A stretch of 64,000 nucleotides of DNA. Origin: Verrucomicrobiota bacterium. GTDB lineage: Bacteria > Verrucomicrobiota > Verrucomicrobiia > Limisphaerales > CANJXF01. Positions 20,689-29,799 of the stretch are shown here, piece by piece. The stretch's first letter is position 1; every line of letters begins with the position of its first letter. The stretch spans positions 32,001-96,000 of the forward strand of contig JBBQRQ010000003.1 in assembly GCA_038214755.1 (NCBI GenBank). Direction: 5' to 3'. The notes beneath the pieces were generated by a model. It saw only the letters and a program-made list of their open reading frames with translations. It had not been told where the DNA came from and did no database searches. Position numbers and translations under genes: made by a program.

Positions 20689-21644
20689 ACAAAAATTCCA
20701 ACGGTCATATGCAGGATTGCCGCATTGTCTGCGGTGATAGTCGGTTGGAAATGATTCCATTAAAGAGCCAGGTTGACCTCATAGTAACTTCGCCTCCTTA
20801 CGCCGATGCACGGCGGAGTCACTACGACAGTATTCATCCTGACCAGTTCAAAAATTGGTTTCTCACTTTCCACGAACCATTCTTTGAAGCACTCAAACCA
20901 GAAGGTAGTCTGGTTATCAATATTAAGGACAAAGTCGTTGAGGGTGTCCGGCATCGTTATGTTTGGCGCACGATTGAAGCTCTTTGTGAGAAAGGCTGGT
21001 TTGCTATCGATGATTACATTTGGAGGAAACCGAATCCTATGCCGGGATATTGGCCGACTCGCATGAGAGACGGTTGGGAGTATTGCTTCCATCTAGCAAA
21101 GTCAAAGCGACCCTACATGAATCAGGATGCAGTCCGAATCGCCGTAGGTGACTGGGTAACATCACGCCTCGCAAAGCTTGGAGAGAATGATTTGTCCCGA
21201 CATAATTCAGCAAATAAAAGCGGATTTGGTCGTGATCTTTCTCGGTGGGTCGGGAAACAAACCGTTTTACCTCCGAATGTAATAAGCGCAGCTTTGGTGG
21301 GAAAAAACAAAGGTCATCCAGCCGTCTTTCCAGTCGATTTACCGGCATTCTTCATCAAGCTGCTTTGCCCTGAAAATGGGTTGGTTGTTGATCCATTCGG
21401 CGGAAGCGGAACCACCGGTATAGCTGCTCTGGCACTTTCGCGCCGATGTGTTTTGATAGATAACAACCAAGAATATTGCCGAGTGGCAAAGGAAAGGCTC
21501 AAAAAAGAAGCCGCTGCGCTCCCCGGAGAAATAGTCATTACCAAAAATTCTCTTTATCCACATTGTGGCGTGCCAGTGCCGGATGATCCTGCAAAACAAA
21601 TCGCCTTCTTTGAGAAACCGCCGAAATACCGAATCAAAAAATAG
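20685..21644 (+). CDS. DNA N4-C/N6-A methyltransferase, beta class
   Basis: DLIVTSPPY near the N-terminus, HPAVFP, VVDPFGGSGTT near the C-terminus. Confidence 0.92.
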   Translation: MNKNSNGHMQDCRIVCGDSRLEMIPLKSQVDLIVTSPPYADARRSHYDSIHPDQFKNWFLTFHEPFFEALKPEGSLVINIKDKVVEGVRHRYVWRTIEALCEKGWFAIDDYIWRKPNPMPGYWPTRMRDGWEYCFHLAKSKRPYMNQDAVRIAVGDWVTSRLAKLGENDLSRHNSANKSGFGRDLSRWVGKQTVLPPNVISAALVGKNKGHPAVFPVDLPAFFIKLLCPENGLVVDPFGGSGTTGIAALALSRRCVLIDNNQEYCRVAKERLKKEAAALPGEIVITKNSLYPHCGVPVPDDPAKQIAFFEKPPKYRIKK

Positions 21645-21718
21645 GTTCAGAGTGCGGTTCGGTTACGAAGGAACATCTGATGATACCGCGGCGTTTTGAT
21701 GATCTCTTCCGGTTCGGG

Positions 21719-22053
21719 GCGATGATTGTATCGAGTTGCGAAACGCTGACGCTGAATGCGCCATACTTTTCCTGCCACGCAAATAATCTTTGGTCAGGAA
21801 AATTTTCGTGAATCCATTTCGAGGAACCGCCTTTGATGAGTTGCATGGCTTTGGCGATGGGCATGGTGGCGGGCAGCGAGAGAAGAATATGCACATGATC
21901 TGCAGCTCCGCCGATTTCCATGGCGCGCATTTTATTTTGCCGCGCGATGCCGCCAAGAAATGGCCAAAGTCGTTCTCTTAATTGCGCAGTGATGAGTGGA
22001 CGGCGTTCTTTGGTGCTGAAAACGCAATGGTGATACGAACTCACGTAGGACAT
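21719..22053 (-). pseudogene. tnpA: IS200/IS605-type Y1 HUH transposase (TnpA/RAYT-like), 3'-truncated before the catalytic Tyr
   Basis: HCVFSTKERRP, DHVHIL, IKGGSSKW, FAWQEKYGAFSVS, then diverges at TIIA|PNRK; GTCCC..GGGAC palindromes at 22066-22150. Confidence 0.85.
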
Positions 22054-22186
22054 GGCGATATTTCTGCCGTCCCTTCGGGACTTGTCACGTTGGAATTCCA
22101 ACCCGGCGTTGAAACGCCGAGCTATTTGCGGAACGTCCCTTCGGGACGGGGAATGATGCGCGAGTGTTGTCGAGAATTTTACATCC

Positions 22187-22420
22187 ATTTGTTTCTGAAA
22201 AGGCTCCACCAGTTTCAGTTTGGAATCTTACCGCTGTTCCGAAGGAACATCTGACCATAGCCCGGCGTTTGAACGCCGGGTTTCATGCGCCAAGATGCCG
22301 AGTCCCGAGGGGACGGCTGAAATCAACTTCACCAATAATATCCCGTTGTCTTTCATCTCGTGATTTTTTGACCACGACGTGAACTCCTTCGAAAATTTTA
22401 TCGATGATGTTGTGCCCGGT
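22187..22420. repeat. ~230-bp repeat copy 1: palindromic end plus degenerate tnpA 3' end
   Basis: Alignable by eye with 25088-25318; minus strand reads KEFTSWSKNHE, resembling EEFTALLKKH of tnpA. Confidence 0.75.
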
Positions 22421-22557
22421 TCAGGAACATGATCGATGTCCTTTTCGGGACTCGAAAAATTCCCTCGACAAGATGCGGGGCAAAAATCAAAGTCGGGCGT
22501 TTCCTCGCGACAACGTGGTCCTTGGATTCCCAAAAAAAAACGTTAACGCTTACTTAT

Positions 22558-24999
22558 ATGTCATGCCAATCCATTCATCTCCTGCGTCATCGCATCGTCC
22601 AGATTCAACGCGCCGCCGTCAGCAAACTGAGCCTGCTCGTTTGCTTTGGTTTGACGGCTTTGCATCTGCACGGTCAACCGAGTCCGACGGCTGACCAAAA
22701 ATTCTGGACGCCGGATGGACCGATTAATTCCATCCTGGTCACAAACAACACCGTTTACCTCGGCGGCGATTTTTCTTATTTAGGGCCGCGCACCGGACCC
22801 GCAGTGGTGTTTGACCAGACGACGGGACAATTTCTTTTTTCGCCGCAACGAATCAGCGGCATCGTCAAGGCGATTGTGCCTGATGACGCCGGTGGCTGGT
22901 TTATCGGAGGAACGTTTACGAGGATTGGCGACGTCGCCATCACCAACATTGCCCGACTCAATTCTGATTTGTCATTGGATACGAGTTGGAATGCGCGCAT
23001 GGTCGGTACGACCGTGAACGCGCTTCTTTTGGATAGCGGGCGGCTCTATATCGGGGGACAGTTCACTCGCATCAACGGCCAAACTATTGGAAATCTCGCC
23101 GGGGTGAATGCCAGCAATGCCAGCGTGGCGTGGAATCCGCAACTCTCGGGCACGGTGAACGCGATGCGAATTTCCGCCGGTTTGCTCTATGCGGGTGGGA
23201 GCTTCTTTAGCGTGGGGAGTTCGAACGTGCAAAATCTCGTGGCCATTTCGACCGCGACGGCGTTGGCCACAGGTTGGAATCCCGCGCCCGATGCAGCCGT
23301 GCTCGCTTTGGAAGTTTTGGGCAACACCGTCTATGCGGGCGGACAATTCTCCACCATCGGCACGCGGCCTCGGAATCGGCTCGCTTCCGTGGACGCCACC
23401 ACTGGCATCGCTTTCCAAACGTGGAATCCGAATCCGAATGGAGTTGTCCGCGCGATCTCGGTCGTCGGCAGCACCGTTTATGTGGGCGGTGACTTTACCA
23501 CCGTCAGCGCGCAGAACCGACGTGGTTTTGCCGCGCTCAATTCGGGAAATGGCGCAGCGCAGGCATTGAATCTTCAACTCGAAAGTGTGACCACCGCCAA
23601 TCTTGTCCGATCAATCCTGATTCAGGGCAACTCGCTTTACGTGAGCGGTCTTTTCACCAATGCGTTGGGCGCGCCGCATCTCATGGTGGTGGGGATCGAT
23701 ATTCCTTCCGTCACCGCCCTGCCCGTGCCGCTGGCTTCCGATTTCAATGGACCGTTTGGCGCGGCTTTTGGAGCGAACGCGTTGGCCATCGCGAACGGGA
23801 AAGTCTTTGTCGGCGGTGATTTTTTCTCATTTGGCGGTGTCGCCCGCCAACGCGCGGCGGCTCTTTCGTTGACGACTGGAGCCGCTTTACCGTGGGCGCC
23901 GAAATTTTCCGCGCCGGTCTTGAGCATGGCTTACGGGACGAACCGCATTTATGTGGGAGGCAGTTTCACCAACGTGAACACGACCAATTTTGCGCAAGGG
24001 CTGGTGGCGGTAGATCCGCTTATTGGAGATTTGACGCCGTTCAATTTTTTAGGCACGAACCTATCTCAGAACGTCTCGATTCGATCTTTGATCGTTTCTT
24101 CCAACACATTGTATGTCGGCGGTGACTTCACCATCGTCGGCAGTCAACCACGCCGCTTTGTGGCCGCAGTCGATCCCGCCACGGCGGCGCCCAACGCCGG
24201 TTTTAATGCCCGGTTAGGCGGCGGATTTTCCGGTATCAATGCGATGGTATTGGCCGGAACAAATCTCTACATCGCAGGTGATTTTACCACGGTGAATTCA
24301 TTGGCCATTCCACGTCTGGCTGCCGTTTCACGCACCGATGGAACAAACGTGAATTGGATCCCTAATCCAAACCAATCACCGAATGCTTTGGCCGCTACGG
24401 CGGACACTCTTTACGTGGGCGGGTTATTCTCGCAAATCAGCGGAGTCGCGTTGAAAAACTTTGCCGCCTTCAGTCTCCCGGATAATTCGCTTCTGGGCGT
24501 CGATGCCGCGCTGCCTCCCTTTGCGAATGGTGTGACCGCCATTGCCGCGTCACCCGTCACACTTTATGTGGGCGGCTCGTTCGATTCAATCGGGGGAGAA
24601 TTCAGGTTCAACCTCGCGTGTCTGGCCTCATTCAACGCCTCGGCTTACGATTGGGATCCGGCGCCCGACCAACCTCCCACCGTGATTACCTTGACGGACG
24701 ATAGGGCCTTCATAGGCGGTCCCTTTAGATTTCTCGGACGATCTCCTACGAATACGATCAATGCATTTTTGGCGGTGTTTTCGAGAGCGCCTCAATTTAT
24801 CCAAAGCTCGCTTTCGCCAAACAATATTCACCTCGTCACTACGACCGGTGATCGGACTGATGCGGTTTTGCAGGCGGCGACGGACCTGGCCGGTCCGTGG
24901 ATCAGCATTGCCACCAATGATATACCCGGGTTTCGTTGGACAGTGGATTATCCGACGATCTCGCCTCCCCAAAGATTCTTCCGCACCGTCGCGCGGTGA
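22558..24999 (+). CDS. Secreted beta-propeller-like repeat protein with verrucomicrobial C-terminal domain
   Basis: About 13 repeats of WNP...V.A....G..VYVGG.F..I....R..LA.VD..TG; signal-like N-terminus; C-terminal LQAATDL..PW...QRFFR. Confidence 0.82.
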   Translation: MSCQSIHLLRHRIVQIQRAAVSKLSLLVCFGLTALHLHGQPSPTADQKFWTPDGPINSILVTNNTVYLGGDFSYLGPRTGPAVVFDQTTGQFLFSPQRISGIVKAIVPDDAGGWFIGGTFTRIGDVAITNIARLNSDLSLDTSWNARMVGTTVNALLLDSGRLYIGGQFTRINGQTIGNLAGVNASNASVAWNPQLSGTVNAMRISAGLLYAGGSFFSVGSSNVQNLVAISTATALATGWNPAPDAAVLALEVLGNTVYAGGQFSTIGTRPRNRLASVDATTGIAFQTWNPNPNGVVRAISVVGSTVYVGGDFTTVSAQNRRGFAALNSGNGAAQALNLQLESVTTANLVRSILIQGNSLYVSGLFTNALGAPHLMVVGIDIPSVTALPVPLASDFNGPFGAAFGANALAIANGKVFVGGDFFSFGGVARQRAAALSLTTGAALPWAPKFSAPVLSMAYGTNRIYVGGSFTNVNTTNFAQGLVAVDPLIGDLTPFNFLGTNLSQNVSIRSLIVSSNTLYVGGDFTIVGSQPRRFVAAVDPATAAPNAGFNARLGGGFSGINAMVLAGTNLYIAGDFTTVNSLAIPRLAAVSRTDGTNVNWIPNPNQSPNALAATADTLYVGGLFSQISGVALKNFAAFSLPDNSLLGVDAALPPFANGVTAIAASPVTLYVGGSFDSIGGEFRFNLACLASFNASAYDWDPAPDQPPTVITLTDDRAFIGGPFRFLGRSPTNTINAFLAVFSRAPQFIQSSLSPNNIHLVTTTGDRTDAVLQAATDLAGPWISIATNDIPGFRWTVDYPTISPPQRFFRTVAR

Positions 25000-25087
25000 A
25001 ATGAAATTCACGCAGGGACGTGGCGAAATTTCAACTATCTCTCGGGGACAGGAGAAAAACGCGAATTTGCAGCGAGTTTTAAATCGA

Positions 25088-25318
25088 TTTGTTTCCGAAA
25101 GGCTCCGCCACTTTAGGGTTTGGAATCTGACCGCCGTTCCGAAGAAACATTTGACCATAGCCCGGCGTTAACGCCGGGTATCACGCGACAAGACGTCGAG
25201 TCCCGAAGGGACGGCCGAAATCAATCCCACAAAAATGTTTCGTTGTGTTTCATCTCGTGATTTTTCAAAAACGACGTGAACTCTTTCTCAAAAATTACCG
25301 ATAATGTTCCGCCCAGCT
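25088..25318. repeat. ~230-bp repeat copy 2
   Basis: Diverged direct repeat of 22187-22420. Confidence 0.75.
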
Positions 25319-25921
25319 TTATTTTGGTTCCAATCGTTGACGCCAAAACTCGGCCAGCGGTTTCCAATCCAATTGGTCCGCAGCTCGTAAAGCGCGGATG
25401 TAGATACGCCGGACTTCATCAGTTTCGGGAGCGAGTTCGACCAGCGGTAAATCAAGGTGCCGAAGCAGTTCTGCCAAGAACAATCTTGTCACCCGTCCGT
25501 TGAAATCAGGAAACGGATGAATGGAAAGCAACTGTCCTTCGGCAAAGGCGAGCGTTTCGAGAAGCAACGGATCGTCTGGCGCTGTGATCGCCTCAAGACG
25601 AGCATTCAAATCGGCAAAATAATTCCGAAGGAGAATCGGAATTTGATGCGCCGCCGGAGGCTGATGTTCGCCCACTTTCACTTCCCTGGCGCGAAGGCGT
25701 CCAGCCCACTCGGGAATCAAATCTCCGCAGATTGCTTGGTGAAGTTGGCAGAGCAGGGATTCATCCAATGGCTTTGCAGAAAAAAAGCCTTCTTCAATAT
25801 CCTCTTGTGTTCGCAACACCCGCTCGGCCAGCAATGGCGCAAGCTGAGAATAAGAAAGAATGTCGCGCGTGGTTTCTACGAAACGCGTGGCGTGCGGCGG
25901 TTGTGTAGAGCCTTCAGCCAT
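25319..25921 (-). CDS. Fic-domain protein (FicT-like toxin)
   Basis: LHQAICGDL..WAGRLR; signature HPFPDFNGRVTR (canonical HPFxDGNGRxxR). Confidence 0.88.
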   Translation of the reverse strand: MAEGSTQPPHATRFVETTRDILSYSQLAPLLAERVLRTQEDIEEGFFSAKPLDESLLCQLHQAICGDLIPEWAGRLRAREVKVGEHQPPAAHQIPILLRNYFADLNARLEAITAPDDPLLLETLAFAEGQLLSIHPFPDFNGRVTRLFLAELLRHLDLPLVELAPETDEVRRIYIRALRAADQLDWKPLAEFWRQRLEPK

Positions 25922-26052
25922 TCGAGATCAACGGGTTCACCTTCAAAAGCCATGCTGGCGGCAACTTGTCGCGGAATTTCCTTCCAACGCCGCGCCTTGC
26001 GTTCTGCTGGCGAAAGTTTTCGCCAATGCGCAATGTTTTGTTGCCAAGTCAT
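25876..26052 (-). CDS. Putative FicA/VbhA-like antitoxin
   Basis: 58 aa upstream of and overlapping fic; VAASMAFEG fits the (S/T)xxxE(G/N) inhibitory motif. Confidence 0.65.
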   Translation of the reverse strand: MTWQQNIAHWRKLSPAERKARRWKEIPRQVAASMAFEGEPVDLEWLKALHNRRTPRVS

Positions 26053-26079
26053 GACGGGAACGTAGCGGAACAATACGAG

Positions 26080-26298
26080 TTAAGGAAGCAGGACTTTCCA
26101 GAATGCGAACGTGTGCTTTTTCAACAACGCGGTGAACTCCTCTTGAAAAGTCATTTTCCGATGATGTTCCTCCTGGTTCTTGATGTAGGCGATGATCGTT
26201 TCGAGTTGCGAAACGCTGACGCTGAATGCGCCATACTTTATCTGCCACGCAAATAATCTTTGGTCAGGAAAATTCTCATGAATCCATTTCGAGGAACC
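26080..26298 (-). pseudogene. tnpA: IS200-type tnpA C-terminal fragment
   Basis: GSSKWIHENFPDQRLFAWQIKYGAFSVSVSQLETIIAYIKNQEEHH; overlap nearly identical to 21719-21828. Confidence 0.85.
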
Positions 26299-26428
26299 GT
26301 GGTGCCGAATCGTATCGTAGGGCAGGCTTTCGAGCCTGCCGGTGAGCGCGAATTCCTAGCCCGACTTGGCGGATTCGAGGAGTTTAGCTGAATTGGATTT
26401 GCAAAAAAAAATCTATTTCAACAACGCC

Positions 26429-27437
26429 TTAAAGCGCGCGGCTCAACGTGATTTCGTCGGCGAATTCCAAACCGCCGACACGCCTTCCCGCGCCACTTGC
26501 CAGGGAATTCCCCCGCCGCCAGCGCCGCATGAATTCCGTCATCAACTCGCTGGTGCCCTTGTCGCTGACTTTCCAATGACTGGCCAACACGCTCTCCGCT
26601 CCCTTAATCCTAAACGCGCGGCGCAACGACATCACGCCTTCGCCAATCTTCACCTCGCCCGAACCGGAGTCGCACGCGCTGAGGATCACCAATTCCGTTC
26701 CCTGCAAATTGAGCAGCGACGCCTCCAATCCGGTGAGCACGCCGTCTTCCGCGTCAAACCTCGTAGCAGCCGACGTGAGGAGGCTCTGAACTCCCGGTTG
26801 AGAGTTGGTAGTTGAGAGGTGAGAGGTTGAGGTTAGAGCCTCCTCACGTCGGCTGCTACCAACCAGATTCGTCGCGTGATTCGCCCCGGCCAACGCGATG
26901 CCGTAACGCACCAGCGGATTTTCCCAATCGTTTTGTGGTAGGGAAGCGTTCCACCGCGTCCCTGAATTCCTCACGAATGAATCCAATGAATCCATCGAAT
27001 TCGTATGTTTCAATTCCTGATCGCTCAGAAAAAATCCATGCGTGGCCAGATGCAACACGCGCGGCGAAACTACCGCTTTCAATTCCGCCTCACGCGCTTC
27101 GGCGCCGAGTTTCAAAACAGCGTCATCGCCCAGCAACTTCGCCACCGAACGCGCTTCTTCCGCCGCGCTCGGCAACGGTGTAAATTTGAACCCACGAAAC
27201 GAACGGCTCAAAAACTTCATCGGAGGGACGCGCTCCACAAGTCCCAAACCTTTTTTCGGAGAAATGGTCTCCGCAGGTCCCGAACCCGTTCCGTTTTTCC
27301 CAATTAAATCAGGGACTTGCGGAGCGCGTCCCTCCGGAAATGAATTCAAATCCAAATCGAAATCTGGTTTGCCCATGACCAGCGATTTTGAACTTTGAAC
27401 CTTAAACTTTGAACTCGTTCGCGCGAGCCGGACAATA
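26429..27437 (-). pseudogene. CHAT (caspase-like) domain fragment, paralogue of 28363-29799
   Basis: LHLATHGFF and LVILSACDSG; lacks a 5' region; 3' end frameshifted after EFMRRWRRG. Confidence 0.85.
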
Positions 27438-27488
27438 CCTTGACGAACACCTTGCCACTCGGGACGCCGATAGATTAAGTTTGTGACC

Positions 27489-27797
27489 ATGACAACAGCA
27501 GCCACCGTTCCCCACATTCGCCTCGATGACCGAGGACGCACCTGGGTGGACGACACGAATGTGAAAGTCATCGAGATTGCGCTGGATCATCTCGCTTACG
27601 GCTGGAGCGCGGAAACCATCCAGGAAAATCATCCTCATCTTTCGCTGGCCCAGGCTTATGCCGCACTGGCGTGGTATTATGACCATCAAACGGAAATGGA
27701 TGCCGAGATTAAGCGGCAAGGAGAGCGGGTAAAAGCCCTTCGCGCCGAGGCCAAACCGTCGCCTCTCGCCCAACGAGTTTTGCGTCGCGGCGCATGA
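27489..27797 (+). CDS. DUF433 protein (putative antitoxin)
   Basis: G.TWVDDTNVKV..I..GWSAETIQENHPHLSLAQAYAALAWYYDH. Confidence 0.88.
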   Translation: MTTAATVPHIRLDDRGRTWVDDTNVKVIEIALDHLAYGWSAETIQENHPHLSLAQAYAALAWYYDHQTEMDAEIKRQGERVKALRAEAKPSPLAQRVLRRGA

Positions 27798-28135
27798 GCC
27801 TCGGCCTTTATATGGATGTTCATGTTCCGCTGCCCGTCACGCGTGGTTTGCGGCGACGCGGGGTGGACGTGCTGACCGCTCAGGAGGACAAAACCACGAG
27901 CCTTCCCGATCCAGAATTGCTCGACCGGGCCACTGCGCTGGGCCGCATCCTCTTCTCGCAGGATGACGATTTGGTGGCGGAAGCTGTGCGTCGCCAACGG
28001 AAGGGAGAACCATTCGCCACCGTCGTCTATGCGCGACAACTCGACCTCTCGATTGGACGTTGCATCATGGATTTGGAAGCCCTGGCCAAAGCGGCTGAAC
28101 CCGGCGATGAGCAAGGTCAGATCATCTTTCTGTGA
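27794..28135 (+). CDS. DUF5615 PIN-like protein (putative toxin)
   Basis: LYMDVHVP..LRRRGVDVLTAQED..DPELLDRA..GRILFSQDDD; coupled by ATGA overlap. Confidence 0.88.
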   Translation: MSLGLYMDVHVPLPVTRGLRRRGVDVLTAQEDKTTSLPDPELLDRATALGRILFSQDDDLVAEAVRRQRKGEPFATVVYARQLDLSIGRCIMDLEALAKAAEPGDEQGQIIFL

Positions 28136-28362
28136 AGAAATTCTGGCGAATGGCCGGAAAGCCGCCAGAACTTACCCAGAGCCGGGACTGATGCCTTTGG
28201 AGCCAAGCAGATTTCTTTGACTGGGAAAAAATGTGAAGCGCTCTTCGGTGGTTGGAAAGAAGCCCAAAAAACTCTCCGTAACCGACCAAGGCGAGAAAGT
28301 TGTCATTACTTTTGACTCACCCCTTTCAGGGTAATGAGCTTCACGAAGATGTTAACGGAATG

Positions 28363-29799
28363 TCATCGCCACTGCCCCGTCAACGTGAACGCGGCCCAAA
28401 AGTAGGGATTGGAGTAATCACTTTTCATTCCCTTCGAGCGCAAAGACGACAACTGCGCCTCGCGCCAAGCCTTCGCGCGCGGTTCGCCCGAATGCCAGCG
28501 ACGCATGAATTCTGTCATCAACTCGCTGGTGGCCTTGTCGCTCACTTTCCAATGACTGGCCAATACGCTCTCCGCTCCCGCAATCCTGAACGCGCGGCGC
28601 AACGACATTACGCCTTCGCCGATCTTCACCTCGCCGGAACCGGACTCGCACGCGCTGAGGATCACCAATTCCGTTCCCTGCAAATTGAGCAGCGACGCTT
28701 CCAATCCGGTGAGCACGCCGTCCTCGGCGTCAAACCTCGTAGCAGCCGACGTGAGGAGGCTCTGAACTCCCGGTTGAGAGTTGGTAGTTGAAGGTTGAGA
28801 GGTTGAGGTTAGAGCCTCCTCACGTCGGCTGCTACCAATCAGATTCGTCGCATGATTCGCGCCCGCCAGCGCGATGCCGCAACGCACCAGCGGATTTTCC
28901 CAATCATTATTCGGTACGGCGAGACTCCGTCGAGCCGTGAAATTATTTCCGGCCAGCAACGAATCGCCCATCGAATTCGTCTGTTTCAATTCCTGATCGC
29001 TCAGAAAAAAACCATGCGTGGCCAGGTGCAACACGCGCGGAGAAACCACCGCCTTCAATTCCGCCTCACGCGCGTCGACGCCAAGTTTCAAAACCGCGTC
29101 GTCGCTCAGCAATTTCGCCACCGAACGCGCTTCATCCGCCGCGCTCGGCAACGGCGTAAAGTTGAACCCGCGAAACGAACGGCTCAAAAACTTCGTAGCA
29201 GCCGACGTGAGGAGGCTCTGATTTCCGGGTTGAGAGTTGAAAGTTGGGAGTTGAGAGTTTGATTTCAGAGCCTCCTCACGTCGGCTGCTACGTGGCGCTG
29301 GCAAATCCAAATCGAAATCCGGATTGCCCATGACCAACGACTTTGAACTTTGAACTTTAGACTTTGAACTCGCTTGGTTTGCCAAGCGAACAATCTCCCG
29401 CCCACTTGTGACGTAGCTGATGGTTTTTTCTTCCAGCAAAAACTTATTGCCGACAGGAAGTATCTCGAACGGCAAGCGACTCAACTGGCCATCGGGACAA
29501 ATAATCAGGTGCGAAACATTCGTCAGATATTTGGCGAGCGGCGCATAAACCAATTCGCTCAAGCGTTGCAAAGCGGGCGGCAAATCGCGCGCGGCAAATT
29601 GTCCAGCGGACATCCGTTTGCAAATCAACTCCACAGTCTCATTGACCGGCGCAGCTTCGCCCAAATCCACGCGCTCGACGATGATGTTGGTGGAGTCACG
29701 CGCCAGCGGAAAAGTGAGATACGCGGCGTAACGTCGCTCCTTCCATTGGTTCGTCTTGGCGGCAAAATCGTAATGCTGATACTGAATGAAATCCACTAG
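28363..29799 (-). pseudogene. CHAT-domain protein, C-terminal part; 5' end removed at the IS1182 junction
   Basis: ICPDGQLSRLPFE, LHLATHGFF, LSACESG, SHWKVSD, NPYFWAAF; frame runs up to the CTAG at the IS end. Confidence 0.88.
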
